Of a DNA stretch of 64,000 nt, positions 48,983 through 60,661 are shown in pieces. The stretch covers positions 64,001-128,000 of the forward strand of contig JAZAHK010000003.1 of NCBI GenBank assembly GCA_036231405.1, read 5' to 3'. The DNA comes from Nitrospinota bacterium (GTDB taxonomy: Bacteria; UBA8248). Numbering within the stretch: position 1 is the stretch's first letter; each line of letters opens with the position of its first letter. Below the pieces are notes generated by a model that was not told the DNA's origin, did no database searches, and saw only the letters and a list, made by a program, of their open reading frames with translations. The position numbers were made by a program, and so were the translations under genes.

Positions 48983-50014
48983 ATGAAAGGCATGATTTTA
49001 AAAGAGTTTCAAAAACCTTTGATCATGGAAGAAGCACCTGACCCTCAAATAGGACCAAATCAAGTTCTTGTAAAATCTAAAAGTAATGGTCTTTGTGCCA
49101 CAGATCTAAAAATAGTTGATGGATTAATACAAACAGCCCCTACTCCATTAATGTTAGGTCATGAAAATGCAGGAGAAATTATAGAAGTTGGGAATGAAGT
49201 CACTGGATTCAGTACAGGAGACAGAGTAGTAGTTGTAAGCAAACAAACATGTGGCTATTGCCAAATGTGTAGACTTGGAAGCGAGGAGATGTGTTTAAAT
49301 TCTCCTGGAAGACTTGGGATAGAACTCCATGGAGGATTTGGAGAACTTGTTGCGGTTTCTGAGAGAAATCTCGTTAAAATTGGAGACAGCGTTAGTTCGT
49401 CTGCAGCCTGTTTGATAGGAGGAACACTTGGGTCACCACTTCACGCAATCAGGATGGCAAATGTTCAACTTGGAGAATATGCAGTAGTTTTTGGTGTAGG
49501 TGGGCTTGGTATTCATGCTCTTCAAATACTGAGATATTTGGGTGCAAATGTTATTGCAGTTGATATCAGTGAAGAAAAATTAACCGCAGCCAAAGAGCTG
49601 GGCGCAACCGAAATAATCAATGCTAGCAAAACAAATCCTGTAGAAGCTATATTAGATATTACAAATAGTTTGGGAGCTGATTTGGCATTAGAGATAGTTG
49701 GAGGATCTGCAGTTCCGATAGTTATTCAGCAATGTTTAGATCTACTAAAAAGAGGAGGAAGGCTTCTCATCCTTGGATATCATATGGGACAAACAGTTCC
49801 TATTGACCCAGCACAGTTGGTATACAAGTGGATACAAATAATTGCATCTCACAACCACACAGTGAAGGACGTTGCAGACGCAGCAAGCCTCGTAAATGAC
49901 GGAAGAGTTCAAGCCATTATTACTGATACAATCCCAATTGAAGAAGCAAACGACGCTTTCCAAATCCTAAGAGCTGGAGATCCCGTTGGTCGTTTAGTTT
50001 TGGAATGGTCTTAA
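48983..50014 (+). CDS. zinc-dependent alcohol dehydrogenase
   Basis: GLCATD, GHENAG, CGYCQMC...C, GVGGLG. Confidence 0.9.
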   Translation: MKGMILKEFQKPLIMEEAPDPQIGPNQVLVKSKSNGLCATDLKIVDGLIQTAPTPLMLGHENAGEIIEVGNEVTGFSTGDRVVVVSKQTCGYCQMCRLGSEEMCLNSPGRLGIELHGGFGELVAVSERNLVKIGDSVSSSAACLIGGTLGSPLHAIRMANVQLGEYAVVFGVGGLGIHALQILRYLGANVIAVDISEEKLTAAKELGATEIINASKTNPVEAILDITNSLGADLALEIVGGSAVPIVIQQCLDLLKRGGRLLILGYHMGQTVPIDPAQLVYKWIQIIASHNHTVKDVADAASLVNDGRVQAIITDTIPIEEANDAFQILRAGDPVGRLVLEWS

Positions 50015-50065
50015 GACTTGATAGCTTTAATTAAACACTTCTTGTGAATGACTAGGGAGAATGAA

Positions 50066-51460
50066 ATGGAATACCGTGTTGAAACTGACAGCATGGGAGA
50101 AATCAACGTACCCACCGACAAATACTACGGAGCACAAACTGCTCGTTCCCTAATACACTTCAAGATAGGTCTTGATAGATTCCCAAGGGAAATAATAAGA
50201 GCGTTAGGTATTTTAAAAAAGGCAGCTGCTACCACTAACAAAGAACTAGGAACGCTCTCTTCAGAAAAAACAGAATTGATTGTAAAAGCTGCTGACGAAG
50301 TAATTAAAGGTGATTTAGATGAACATTTTCCACTTGCCGTATGGCAAACAGGTAGTGGAACACAAACAAATATGAACGCTAATGAAGTGATATCTAACAG
50401 AGCTATTGAACTTGCAGGGGGCGTGTTAGGATCTAAAGATCCAATTCATCCTAATGACGACGTAAACAAAGCACAATCGTCTAATGATACTTTTCCAACT
50501 GCCATGCATATTGCAGCTGCAGAGCAGATTAATAGTGTACTTATTCCAAGTCTAGAAAAATTAAAAGATACCCTTGAGAATAAATCTCAATCTTTCTCAG
50601 AAATTATTAAAATAGGTCGTACCCACATGATGGACGCTGTACCTTTAACCTTAGGACAAGAATTTTCTGGATACGTGGCTCAAATAAATAGCGGGATTAA
50701 CAGGATTAAAACTACTTTAGAACAAGGATTATATTATCTTGCTTTAGGTGGTACTGCAGTAGGAACCGGGATCAATTCCCATCCAAAATTTGCGAAAAAC
50801 TCCGCAAAAATAATTGCTGAGATTACAGGACTCCCTTTTGAAACTGCTCCAAATAAATTTGAATCACTCGCTACGAATGATGCTGTAGTTTTTGCAAGTG
50901 GGGCTTTAAAAACTTTAGCTACCTCTCTTATGAAAATCGCAAATGACATAAGATTACTCTCCTCAGGGCCTCGGAGTGGCATTGGAGAAATACTAATTCC
51001 AGAGAACGAACCAGGTAGTTCCATCATGCCTGGGAAGGTGAACCCTACTCAATGCGAGGCAATGACTATGGTTTGTGCACAAGTCCTTGGAAATGATGTA
51101 GCAGTCAATGTAGGTGGTTCTAATGGTCATCTTGAATTAAACGTCTTTAAACCAGTTATGATTTTTAATTTATTGAATTCAATACGTCTTTTGTCAGACG
51201 CAAGTCTCTCTTTTGAAGAACATTGCGCAAGGGGTATTCTTCCAAATGAAAAAAATATTGAAGCATATTTAAAAAATTCTTTGATGTTGGTTACTGCTCT
51301 CAATCCTGTCATTGGCTACGATAATGCTGCAAAAGTAGCAAAGAAAGCATTCCAAGAGGATATTACGTTATGTGAGGCTGTATTAGATCTAGAATTAATG
51401 ACCGAAGAAGAATTTAAAAATGTGGTCGACCCAAAAAAAATGATAGACCTTAAAGAATAG
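50066..51460 (+). CDS. fumC: class II fumarate hydratase
   Basis: [33 protein letters not shown]. Confidence 0.97.
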   Translation: MEYRVETDSMGEINVPTDKYYGAQTARSLIHFKIGLDRFPREIIRALGILKKAAATTNKELGTLSSEKTELIVKAADEVIKGDLDEHFPLAVWQTGSGTQTNMNANEVISNRAIELAGGVLGSKDPIHPNDDVNKAQSSNDTFPTAMHIAAAEQINSVLIPSLEKLKDTLENKSQSFSEIIKIGRTHMMDAVPLTLGQEFSGYVAQINSGINRIKTTLEQGLYYLALGGTAVGTGINSHPKFAKNSAKIIAEITGLPFETAPNKFESLATNDAVVFASGALKTLATSLMKIANDIRLLSSGPRSGIGEILIPENEPGSSIMPGKVNPTQCEAMTMVCAQVLGNDVAVNVGGSNGHLELNVFKPVMIFNLLNSIRLLSDASLSFEEHCARGILPNEKNIEAYLKNSLMLVTALNPVIGYDNAAKVAKKAFQEDITLCEAVLDLELMTEEEFKNVVDPKKMIDLKE

Positions 51461-52505
51461 TTTTGTTCTTTTTAAACCCTTTAAATGTAGTTTCTATTTT
51501 CTGTATATCCTGGATAAGATCAGGACCAATTTTCTGATCTCCTGTGGGTAGCATTCCTACATATATTGAATCAACCAAATTGCCAAAGTGATTTTTAATT
51601 TCGTTTGCAATATTTTCAAAGGTCCCTACAGCGGCAAAAAAACGCACAACATCATCATCAATTCTTTTCGTCATTTCGTCCCACTTTTTTTCTCTCGCCA
51701 AAGCATTAAGTTCATGACCCAAATCTAAGAGGTCATGTTCCTCTAAAACAGGCCAGTAATTTGGGGTCGAGCCATAAAAACCGATGCGCTGTCTAACTTC
51801 GTCTAAAGAACGAGAGACTTCTTCCTCGTTCCTCCCAGTTGCAATAAACCCACCACCCATAACCTCAAAATTCTCTCGCTTCTTGGCATTCTCAACTAAT
51901 GCATTGTCCAATAAAGGCAAAACTATTTTCTCCAAATATTGTACTGAACAGAAAGGGTGGAGTTTCACGCCATCTGCTACTTCACCAGCCAATTTCAACA
52001 TTTTCGGACCAACGGCAGAAATCGTGACTGGAATAGGCGGTTGTCCCGAAGATTCAGGAACGAATCTCGGAATCATAAGAGAAAAATTATAATGTTCCCC
52101 TTCAAAATTCAGTTTTCCTCCTTCAGTCCAACAGTTCCATATCGCTCTTAAAGAATTGACATATTCTCTCATTCTGGAAACGGGAGAAGACCACTTCACG
52201 CTAAACCTACGCTCGTTATGAGCTTTGACTTGAGGTCCTATTCCAAGGACAAATCTTCCTCCAGAGGCTTCTTGAAGATCCCAGCATGCGTTTGCAACTA
52301 CCATCGGACTTCTTGGAAAGGCAATCGCAATACCAGTTGTTAAAAGTATTTTCTTAGTAATGACTGAACTAATAGCTAATGGAAGAAACGGATCGTGAGC
52401 ATTCTCCATGGACAACAATCCATCGAATCCCTCTTTCTCATAGAACTTTGCAGAGGAATCCACTTTTTTTAAATTATCTTGTGGTAGCGTGGTATAGACT
52501 AGCAA
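51450..52505 (-). CDS. F420-dependent LLM-class oxidoreductase (TIGR03617-like)
   Basis: [41 protein letters not shown]. Confidence 0.85.
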   Translation of the reverse strand: MLVYTTLPQDNLKKVDSSAKFYEKEGFDGLLSMENAHDPFLPLAISSVITKKILLTTGIAIAFPRSPMVVANACWDLQEASGGRFVLGIGPQVKAHNERRFSVKWSSPVSRMREYVNSLRAIWNCWTEGGKLNFEGEHYNFSLMIPRFVPESSGQPPIPVTISAVGPKMLKLAGEVADGVKLHPFCSVQYLEKIVLPLLDNALVENAKKRENFEVMGGGFIATGRNEEEVSRSLDEVRQRIGFYGSTPNYWPVLEEHDLLDLGHELNALAREKKWDEMTKRIDDDVVRFFAAVGTFENIANEIKNHFGNLVDSIYVGMLPTGDQKIGPDLIQDIQKIETTFKGFKKNKTIL

Positions 52506-52572
52506 AAGGATAAGGATCCGATACGAGAGTAAAAGATGTGAAAATTACAAACTAATCTTCCTTGCATTCTAT

Positions 52573-55278
52573 CTAATCTTCTGACTGACTTTGTTTTAGT
52601 AACTGCCTCAAAACGTATTGTAAAATACCCTCGTTCTGGTAATACGCTAGTTCGTTTGGAGTATCAATTCGTACAATTGCATTAAAATCGACCTCTTTGT
52701 CAGAAGAGCTAGCTATAACACTAACTTCGTCTGCTTCCCCTTGGTTCAGACCGATAATCGAAAAGATCTCTTCTCCTGTGAGACCAAGACTATCGGCATT
52801 TTCACCAGACTTAAATTGTAAGGGTAAAACTCCCATTCCTATCAAATTTGACCTATGTATACGTTCAAAGCTCTGCGCAATAACTGCCTTAACTCCCAAT
52901 AACCGGGAACCTTTTGCAGCCCAATCCCTTGATGAACCCGTACCATATTCTTTCCCTGCAAGTACAATTAATGATGTTGAATCTTCCTTATATCTATTAG
53001 CAGCTTCAAAAATATCTAAAACTTCACCAGTAGGGAAATACTTAGTAAAACCACCTTCTGTACCAGGAGCAAGTTGATTTCTAAGCCTTACATTAGCGAA
53101 TGTTCCACGCATCATCACTTCATGATTCCCTCTTCTGGATCCATAACTATTAAAATTGTCAGGAAGGACATCATTCATTACAAGGAATTGACCGCCAGGA
53201 CTATCTTTCTTTATTGAACCAGCTGGTGAAATATGATCAGTTGTTATCGAATCTCCAAGTAAAGCAAGACATCTCGCATTAGTAATTTCTGAAACAGGTT
53301 CTGGTTCTTTTTTCATCCCGTCAAAATAAGGAGCCTTACGAACATAGGTTGACATATCATCCCAAGAATATTGACTACCTTCAGGAGTAGAAATCCCCTG
53401 CCATGACAAATCTCCGGTAAAGACATCTCCATAAGATTTTTCAAAAAGATCAGATTTAACGCTACTGACTAAAACTTCTTGCAGTTCTTCCTGAGAAGGC
53501 CATATATCTTTTAAGTATATTTCTTCACCATCTGAATTATTCCCCAGCGGCTCAGAGGAAAAATCAATATCTACTGTGCCAGCTAAAGCATAAGCCACAA
53601 CCAATGGAGGAGACGCTAGAAAGCTCATCCTAACTTCTGCATGAACACGTCCTTCAAAATTTCTATTTCCAGATAAGACAGAAGAAACAACTAAATTTTC
53701 ATCTGCAATCGCCTTAGAGATCGGCTGAGATAACGGTCCGGAATTACCTATACATGTAGTACATCCATACCCTACAACATTAAATCCTAATTCTTCTAAA
53801 TATTTATAAAGACCCGATTTATTTAAATACTCTGTTACTACTTTAGAACCAGGAGCTAAACTTGTCTTAACCCACGGATGAGTCATTAATCCGGCTTCAA
53901 CAGCTTTCTTCGCAAGGATTCCTGCAGCAAGCATGACAGATGGATTAGATGTGTTTGTACAACTTGTTATAGCGGCAATTACTACTGAACCATGACCTAA
54001 ATCAAATGAATGACCATTATCTTTTATCGATCTTGATGCAGTTCTAGAAACTGAGGTCTCCTTAGAGGAAGAAATCTCCTCTAGAATCTTGTCTAATTCA
54101 CTAGTTATTTTTGTTTTAGAATCTTTTAAAGAAATACGATCTTGAGGTCGTTTAGGTCCAGAAATACTTGGCTCAACGTCAGAAAGATCTAACTCTATTA
54201 CATCGGTGTATGAAGGATCAAGAGAGGAGTCATCCCAAAACATACTTTGTTCCCGCGAATAGGCCTCTACTAAGTCAATTTGTTCTTTTGATCTTCCAGT
54301 CAGTTCTAGATATTTGATAGTTTCTTTATCGATTGGAAAAATACCACAAGTAGCCCCGTACTCAGGCGCCATATTTGAAATTGTAGCTCTATTGGCAAGC
54401 GGCAAAGAAGACATTCCGGAACCAAAAAACTCTACGAATTTTCCTACAACTCCTCTTTTCCTAAGAATTTCTACGATAACTAGAACTAGATCTGTTGCCG
54501 TTGTTCCTTCAGATAATTCTCCAGTAAGACGAAATCCTATAACTTCAGGTATTAACATCGAATAATGTTGCCCAAGCATTGCAGCTTCAGCTTCAATTCC
54601 TCCAACACCCCAACCTAAAACACCAATACCATTAATCATGGTAGTATGAGAATCAGTACCTACTACAGTATCTGGGAAAGAAAATCTTGAACCATTTATG
54701 TCTCTTACAGAAACAACATCTGCTAAATACTCCAGGTTCACCTGATGAACAATTCCTGTAGCAGGAGGAACTACACGGAAATTATTAAAGGCACTTTGTG
54801 CCCAACGCATAAAGGAATAACGCTCAGTATTTCTCTCAAATTCTATATTTGAATTAAAATCAACTGCTTCCTTTGTTCCATACTTATCAACCTGAACCGA
54901 GTGATCAATAACCAAATCAACTGGCTGAATAGGATTTATAAGATTTGGATCCCCTCCAAGCATTTCCATAGCATCACGCATAGACGCTAAATCAACAACA
55001 ACTGGAACACCAGTAAAGTCTTGCAACAAAACACGGCTAGGCATAAAACCTATTTCACTACTTTCTTTAGCATTGGGATCCCAATTTAATAGATTTTCTA
55101 TGTCACCTGATTTTACAGACACTCCGTCCTCATTACGTAGTAGATTCTCTAACAAAATTTTCAAAGCAAAAGGTAACTTTGTAAAATCTCCCTTGTCTTT
55201 TAGAGCATCTAACCTAAAGAGTTCGTATGAATTTGAACCCACGTTGAATTCAGATCGGGAATTAAAACTGTTTTTCAT
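52573..55278 (-). CDS. acnA: aconitate hydratase A
   Basis: [48 protein letters not shown] 55278 after GGAG. Confidence 0.97.
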   Translation of the reverse strand: MKNSFNSRSEFNVGSNSYELFRLDALKDKGDFTKLPFALKILLENLLRNEDGVSVKSGDIENLLNWDPNAKESSEIGFMPSRVLLQDFTGVPVVVDLASMRDAMEMLGGDPNLINPIQPVDLVIDHSVQVDKYGTKEAVDFNSNIEFERNTERYSFMRWAQSAFNNFRVVPPATGIVHQVNLEYLADVVSVRDINGSRFSFPDTVVGTDSHTTMINGIGVLGWGVGGIEAEAAMLGQHYSMLIPEVIGFRLTGELSEGTTATDLVLVIVEILRKRGVVGKFVEFFGSGMSSLPLANRATISNMAPEYGATCGIFPIDKETIKYLELTGRSKEQIDLVEAYSREQSMFWDDSSLDPSYTDVIELDLSDVEPSISGPKRPQDRISLKDSKTKITSELDKILEEISSSKETSVSRTASRSIKDNGHSFDLGHGSVVIAAITSCTNTSNPSVMLAAGILAKKAVEAGLMTHPWVKTSLAPGSKVVTEYLNKSGLYKYLEELGFNVVGYGCTTCIGNSGPLSQPISKAIADENLVVSSVLSGNRNFEGRVHAEVRMSFLASPPLVVAYALAGTVDIDFSSEPLGNNSDGEEIYLKDIWPSQEELQEVLVSSVKSDLFEKSYGDVFTGDLSWQGISTPEGSQYSWDDMSTYVRKAPYFDGMKKEPEPVSEITNARCLALLGDSITTDHISPAGSIKKDSPGGQFLVMNDVLPDNFNSYGSRRGNHEVMMRGTFANVRLRNQLAPGTEGGFTKYFPTGEVLDIFEAANRYKEDSTSLIVLAGKEYGTGSSRDWAAKGSRLLGVKAVIAQSFERIHRSNLIGMGVLPLQFKSGENADSLGLTGEEIFSIIGLNQGEADEVSVIASSSDKEVDFNAIVRIDTPNELAYYQNEGILQYVLRQLLKQSQSED

Positions 55279-55381
55279 AAAATTTCTCCAAAAACACAAA
55301 AAGAACTTATAAAACCTACACTCAAATGAGAAGGGAACACGTTAACACAGGCTATAAAAAGAGTGTAGTCTTGAAAAAGAG

Positions 55382-55834
55382 TTATTCAAAAATAGGGAAA
55401 ATATTCTTCTCTGCGGGAGTATCTGAGATCATATAGGTAGCAGTAGCAAAGGCAACAGAACGATCCTCTTCATCAGTAACTTTCACCTGCCAGACTGAAG
55501 TTTTACGTCCTCTATGTAATGGACTGGATTCAGCAAGAATATATCCCGAAGACACGGGACGTATAAAATTTACTTTCATCTCAAGAGTTACTAAATTTTG
55601 TCCAGGGTAACTTAAATGTGCTGCAACTCCTCCGGTACTATCCATCAAAGTGAATATAGCACCTCCGTGCAAGATCCCTGTTGGTTGCAATACTTCCGAT
55701 TTTAAGCGAAGACGCATTTTTGCAAAATCTTTGCTTGCATCTAAAAATTCAATACCAACAAATTCATTGAAATTACCAGACCATCGTTTTTTAAGAAAAT
55801 TACTGACTTCATTTTTGAACAACTCTGAAGACAC
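55382..55834 (-). CDS. PaaI family thioesterase
   Basis: QPTGILHGGA, TLEMKVNFIRP, HRGRKT. Confidence 0.88.
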   Translation of the reverse strand: MSSELFKNEVSNFLKKRWSGNFNEFVGIEFLDASKDFAKMRLRLKSEVLQPTGILHGGAIFTLMDSTGGVAAHLSYPGQNLVTLEMKVNFIRPVSSGYILAESSPLHRGRKTSVWQVKVTDEEDRSVAFATATYMISDTPAEKNIFPIFE

Positions 55835-55872
55835 ACGTACTCCAAAACTTTATATATAATATCTTTTATCCT

Positions 55873-56727
55873 CTACCAATCCCAAAACATAGTATACGCC
55901 CTACCTAAAACCGGAGACCTTTCTTCCCATTCTATAACAATTCGATTGCTCTCGATATCAAAGTTTGGATACAAACGTCTCTTGTTGAAACTATTGGAAG
56001 CTCCATCAGATTCTTCTCTTCTAACACCAACAGGCTTTCTTTCAAAAGGAAGAATTAGTGAAAGTTTAAATGATTCTGTTGGATATTCCACAACTAGAGT
56101 AACCCATTCATTTCTAGAATTAAACGTGTTTAATAAATGAATTTCCTCTTGAATTTCAAAGGAATCCCCCTCTCTCAGAGGCACTGGTAAAGAAAGACAC
56201 ACAGAAGAATCTACACTTGTCATTTTATCTGCCTTAAATTCAACTTCTCTCCATTCTTCACACTCTCCTGAACCATTATTCACAGTTCTGTATTTATAAA
56301 CCACTGAACGATCTCCCGTACCTGTATGACATCTAGACCTAATATCCGAGAGATCTCTTAGTGCAGAGCAATTACGTTTACTAATCATCTTTGCTTTTTT
56401 ACCCTTCACATCTGAAATCGTGTATTCTCTCTCATCCATATTAATCTGATAATCATAAAGTTCTAATTTGTCTTTATCAGTTGAATGGACTTCGAGTTGA
56501 TCTAACAGAAGCAATTTGTCTTCTACAGATTGCAATCTCTCAAGAATTACCCTCTGATGCGCAATAAATTCTTGGAGCTCCAATCTTAATTTGTCAATTC
56601 TTTCATCTTTTTCTAACATGAAAAACATACCTCTAAACACATCAGAATATGCTGAATAGTCAAAAAATAAAAAATCCTTGGGAGATTGTAGCACCTCTAA
56701 CATTTTCTTTAAATTATCATCAGTCAA
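55873..56727 (-). CDS. hypothetical protein (coiled coil plus beta-rich C-terminal domain)
   Basis: 284-aa ORF tightly packed between rlmN and paaI; no motif recognised. Confidence 0.7.
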   Translation of the reverse strand: MTDDNLKKMLEVLQSPKDFLFFDYSAYSDVFRGMFFMLEKDERIDKLRLELQEFIAHQRVILERLQSVEDKLLLLDQLEVHSTDKDKLELYDYQINMDEREYTISDVKGKKAKMISKRNCSALRDLSDIRSRCHTGTGDRSVVYKYRTVNNGSGECEEWREVEFKADKMTSVDSSVCLSLPVPLREGDSFEIQEEIHLLNTFNSRNEWVTLVVEYPTESFKLSLILPFERKPVGVRREESDGASNSFNKRRLYPNFDIESNRIVIEWEERSPVLGRAYTMFWDW

Positions 56728-56772
56728 AAGGAATTAATGACTCTCCAAACCTTCTTGTATTTAAAAATTGCA

Positions 56773-57891
56773 TTATTTTCTACTTTCCAAAATCGATTTA
56801 TCTGCCAATTGACCACACGCTGCACTTATATCAGTTCCTTTACTTCTTCTGATAGTTGTTACAAAACCATTTCTTTTAAGTATCTCTTGGAATTTTTTCA
56901 CATCCGATTCATTGGGACTTTCATAATCGACTCCTTCAAAATGATTCCAAGAAATAAGATTAATTTTAGATTGGATTCCCTTTAGAATTTTAGCTAACTG
57001 CACCGCGTCTTTCTCAGAATCATTGATACCTTTGAGCAACACATATTCAAAGGTTACCCTTTTTATATCGTTATTAGATAAATTTCTACACACAGAAAGA
57101 AGAGATGACAAATTCCATTTTTTGTTAACTGGCACAAGCTTAGAACGAGTCAAATCATTAGAAGCATGTAAAGAAATAGCAAGACGAGTATCTGGGAGCA
57201 AATTCAATAAATCTTCAAGCTTATCTGAAATTCCAACGGTTGATACGGTTAGTTTTTTCCTCGAGACTCCTTGAAAATAAGGGGCTGTTAGAATTTTTGC
57301 TGCTCTTACGATTTCATCAAAATTATCCAATGGCTCTCCCATCCCCATAAAAACAATATTATGGAACCTTTCATTTTTTCCTAATCTACGCTTTGCCGCT
57401 AAAAACTGTTCGACAATCTCTCCAGAAGAGAGTTGACGAACAAAACCCATTTTTCCAGTCAAACAAAATTTACAACCCATGGCACAACCTACCTGAGTCG
57501 AAATACAAATAGACGATCTCTTTACATTTCCTCCATGTATCATGGGAATTCTTACACTTTCTATAATTGAATTATCTGCTAAAACCCAAGAATATTTCTC
57601 GGTGCCATCAATAGATGTCTGTGTCTTTGCAGTTGCAAATCTTCCTATCTTAGCAATTTTCAGAAGTTTTTCACGAAAAGAGTTAGGCAAATTCAACATA
57701 CGATCAAAAGAAATTTCGTCAATATTGTATATCCAAGTAAATAATTGTTTCCCTCTATAGCTTGGCTCACCCAATTCCACACACAAGGTTTCTAATTCTT
57801 CTAGTTCCATCCCCTTTAAGTCTATTAAACTAGGTTCAGAAGCTTTGGAATATGGATTTAGCTGCATAAATTCCGACAAATCGATTTTCAT
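56773..57891 (-). CDS. rlmN: 23S rRNA/tRNA adenine C2-methyltransferase
   Basis: STQVGCAMGCKFC, MGMGEP, ISLHA, FEYVL, AACGQL. Confidence 0.95.
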   Translation of the reverse strand: MKIDLSEFMQLNPYSKASEPSLIDLKGMELEELETLCVELGEPSYRGKQLFTWIYNIDEISFDRMLNLPNSFREKLLKIAKIGRFATAKTQTSIDGTEKYSWVLADNSIIESVRIPMIHGGNVKRSSICISTQVGCAMGCKFCLTGKMGFVRQLSSGEIVEQFLAAKRRLGKNERFHNIVFMGMGEPLDNFDEIVRAAKILTAPYFQGVSRKKLTVSTVGISDKLEDLLNLLPDTRLAISLHASNDLTRSKLVPVNKKWNLSSLLSVCRNLSNNDIKRVTFEYVLLKGINDSEKDAVQLAKILKGIQSKINLISWNHFEGVDYESPNESDVKKFQEILKRNGFVTTIRRSKGTDISAACGQLADKSILESRK

Positions 57892-57961
57892 TAAAAGTCC
57901 TTAAATGATATGTTCCTTTCAGCTATGTGAAATACACTTCTAATTTTCGGAATCTTTCAAA

Positions 57962-58597
57962 ATGACAATACGCGCAATCTTATTCGATCACGATGGAACT
58001 CTAGTTGACAGCTACGAAGGAATTGCAAAATCGTTACAATTGACCTGCAAAGATATTCATAAACCTACCTTAAATCAAAATGAAATTCTAGCATCGATAG
58101 GACCCACTTTAGAAAAAAGATTTAAAGAATTATGGGGAGAGAAAATAGGAGAGAAAGCAGTCCCTATATACAGAAAACACTACAAACAACATTTCATTCA
58201 TGGAACAAAGATACTTCCAAAGGTAGAAAGTACGATATTAACTTTAAAATCAAAAAAATATTTACTAGGGTGCATAACTAACAAAACATATTCCTATGCA
58301 AAAAAACAGCTAATCCATTTTAGACTCTTTGACAAAATGGAAGTTGTATATGGAAATCTCCAAGGCTTTCAGCCCAAACCAAATCCAGAGATGATTGAAG
58401 CAGCTTTAAAAAAATTAAAAGTATCCAGAGAAGAAACAGTTTTAATAGGAGATACTCCTATTGATATTCTCGCTGCAAAGGCTTCAGGTATTCAATCCTG
58501 GGCGATTCTTGGAAAATACGCATCTGAAGAATCCATTCAAAATGCAAATCCTGACAAAATATTATTTGAATTTGACGAGATACTTCATCTTCTTTAA
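57962..58597 (+). CDS. HAD family hydrolase (phosphoglycolate phosphatase-like)
   Basis: FDHDGTLVDS, TNK, KPNP, IGDTPID. Confidence 0.88.
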   Translation: MTIRAILFDHDGTLVDSYEGIAKSLQLTCKDIHKPTLNQNEILASIGPTLEKRFKELWGEKIGEKAVPIYRKHYKQHFIHGTKILPKVESTILTLKSKKYLLGCITNKTYSYAKKQLIHFRLFDKMEVVYGNLQGFQPKPNPEMIEAALKKLKVSREETVLIGDTPIDILAAKASGIQSWAILGKYASEESIQNANPDKILFEFDEILHLL

Positions 58598-58632
58598 TTT
58601 AGGGATAACTCGCATATAGACTGGAAGATAAA

Positions 58633-59301
58633 TTGAATAGAAAAATTCAAAAAAAGATTCTTGTTTTGATAAAGGATCTGGAATCTAGGTACGGCAGACC
58701 TAAAAACGATCGAAATTTTGAACTCTTAGACGTTTTAATTGAAACTTTGTTGTCTCAAAGTACGACGGACCATAATAGAGATTTAGCTTTTACAAACTTA
58801 AAAAAAACTTTTCCTGATTGGGAACTCGTTAACAAAGCAAGCGAAAAAAAAGTATCAATGGCCATCCGTTCTGCAGGATTAGGAAACCAAAAAGCAAAAA
58901 GAATCAAATCATTCCTGAAATTCTTAAAAAGAGATTATGGATTTCTAAGTCTTGAATTTCTAAAAAAAAAAGATACTCAATTTTGCGTTGATTTTTTAAC
59001 GAAGCATAAAGGCATCGGCATAAAAACTGCCTATGTATCTCTTATGCTAGCTGCAAATAGAGATGTATTTCCGATCGATGTGCATATACACCGCATTATG
59101 CAGAGATTAACAATCATTCCTAAAAAAACAACTGCAGAGAAATCTCATTCCATTTTAGCACCTTATATTCCAAAATTAAGAGCTCACGAGTTTCATATGA
59201 ATCTCCTTACATTTGGAAGAAATATTTGCAAATCACAGAATCCTAAATGCGGAGAGTGTAACTTCAATAAAATATGCAATTATTTTCTTGAAAAGAAGTA
59301 A
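58633..59301 (+). CDS. nth: endonuclease III family DNA glycosylase
   Basis: LLSQST, HhH GIGIKTA, PIDVH, C-terminal CKSQNPKCGECNFNKIC Fe-S motif. Confidence 0.85.
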   Translation: MNRKIQKKILVLIKDLESRYGRPKNDRNFELLDVLIETLLSQSTTDHNRDLAFTNLKKTFPDWELVNKASEKKVSMAIRSAGLGNQKAKRIKSFLKFLKRDYGFLSLEFLKKKDTQFCVDFLTKHKGIGIKTAYVSLMLAANRDVFPIDVHIHRIMQRLTIIPKKTTAEKSHSILAPYIPKLRAHEFHMNLLTFGRNICKSQNPKCGECNFNKICNYFLEKK

Positions 59302-59336
59302 TAATTTTCTAATTTAGGGAAAAGGAAAAGACTAAA

Positions 59337-60218
59337 GTGAGTCTAATTGGACAGGGAGAATTAATGGCAATTACTTCTTCCATTGTTTTTGGATTCACAC
59401 AAATACTGGTTCGTCAGGGAATTCAAAATGCAAGTCCCGTCGCAGCGGCATTGATTATGAATTCCATGGTATCAGTTGGAGGACTCTGCATTGCGATTGT
59501 TTCCGGAACACTGATAAATTCAACTTTACCTCCAATTCTTTGGTACTTAGTCATAGGGATTACAGGACCAGGGATAGCCAGAGTCATGTACTATATTGGG
59601 ATTTCAAGAATGGGGGTTAGTAGGACTGCAGGAATTTCTTCCGCTACCCCTATATGGGGAGTAATTTTTGCGACTATTTTTTTAGGAGAATCTCCAAACA
59701 CACAGATAATTTTAGGAACTTTAGCGGTTGTCTTTGGAGTAGGTGTCCTTAGTCTTCAGGATGACGATTCTAAAAGCTTCAAGAACTGGTTCCAAACAGC
59801 GATTTTTTTTGCGTTGATTGCATCAATTGCCTACGCGATACCACCTATCCTTGTAAAGTTTGCTTATAAATATCAGTCAACACCAGCAGTTGGGATGTTT
59901 TTCTCCTTCGCCATGGGTAATATAGTTCTATTTTCCTGGAGAAAGGTTTTGCCTGAAAAAGGACTCATAAAATCAAATAAAAAAGGATTGCTAATTTTGA
60001 TAATTGCCGGATTTGGAGGAATAACCAGTTCCTGGTTTTTATGGAATGCGTTCTCTATTGCAGATATCAGTACTACTCTACCACTAAGCAGAACCGCTCC
60101 TATATGGGTCGTAATTTTTAGTAGAATATTTCTAGGAAAAACTGAAATTATAAACGCAAAAATTTGGGGAGGAACAGTGCTCGTTGTCCTAGGCGGAATA
60201 GCTATAGTTGTGTCCTGA
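59337..60218 (+). CDS. DMT/EamA family transporter
   Basis: About 10 TM helices in two repeats, FLGE. Confidence 0.85.
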   Translation: MSLIGQGELMAITSSIVFGFTQILVRQGIQNASPVAAALIMNSMVSVGGLCIAIVSGTLINSTLPPILWYLVIGITGPGIARVMYYIGISRMGVSRTAGISSATPIWGVIFATIFLGESPNTQIILGTLAVVFGVGVLSLQDDDSKSFKNWFQTAIFFALIASIAYAIPPILVKFAYKYQSTPAVGMFFSFAMGNIVLFSWRKVLPEKGLIKSNKKGLLILIIAGFGGITSSWFLWNAFSIADISTTLPLSRTAPIWVVIFSRIFLGKTEIINAKIWGGTVLVVLGGIAIVVS

Positions 60219-60252
60219 AAATATATTCTAAATTAATTGTTTTTTTACAAGC

Positions 60253-60651
60253 CTATTTCTTTTGACAAAGTTCTATTCGAATATTTTCGGGTCCACATAT
60301 AAAAGCTATCGTTCTTCCACCCACTCCCGAAGCTTCGGGTTCAACAATAAAACTAGCACCTCGAGATCGAAGTATATTTGCGGATTCTACAACATCTTCT
60401 ACCTCTAATCCAAAATGATCTAACCCCTGAACAAGTTCTGGAGAAGATGCATCTGGTTCCTCTCCAGGCCGAATTCCTCTTATAAAAACCCTCAATCCAC
60501 CAAATTCGACAACTGCATTGGGAGCACCTTTTAGATTTTCCTCATAACTCAAAACTTTCGCCAAAAATAGACGCTGAAAAAACGAAGACATAACGTCAAC
60601 ATCTTTACTAACAATATGTACGTGATCTAGTCGAAAACTCATTTTCTGCAA
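60253..60651 (-). CDS. VOC (glyoxalase) family protein
   Basis: LDHVHI, LDHFGL, GPENIRIEL; the start may be the ATG at 60642. Confidence 0.85.
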   Translation of the reverse strand: MQKMSFRLDHVHIVSKDVDVMSSFFQRLFLAKVLSYEENLKGAPNAVVEFGGLRVFIRGIRPGEEPDASSPELVQGLDHFGLEVEDVVESANILRSRGASFIVEPEASGVGGRTIAFICGPENIRIELCQKK

Positions 60652-60661
60652 AAGCTCCTTT

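Noticed and set aside
38310-50014. tRNA-anchored genomic island or prophage
   Set aside because: No integrase, no duplicated tRNA 3' end found by eye, and no obvious compositional shift
55316-55368. CTACACTC...GAGTGTAG inverted repeat upstream of acnA as an IRE-like element
   Set aside because: 37-nt loop with no CAGUG-type loop; could be a chance repeat or weak terminator
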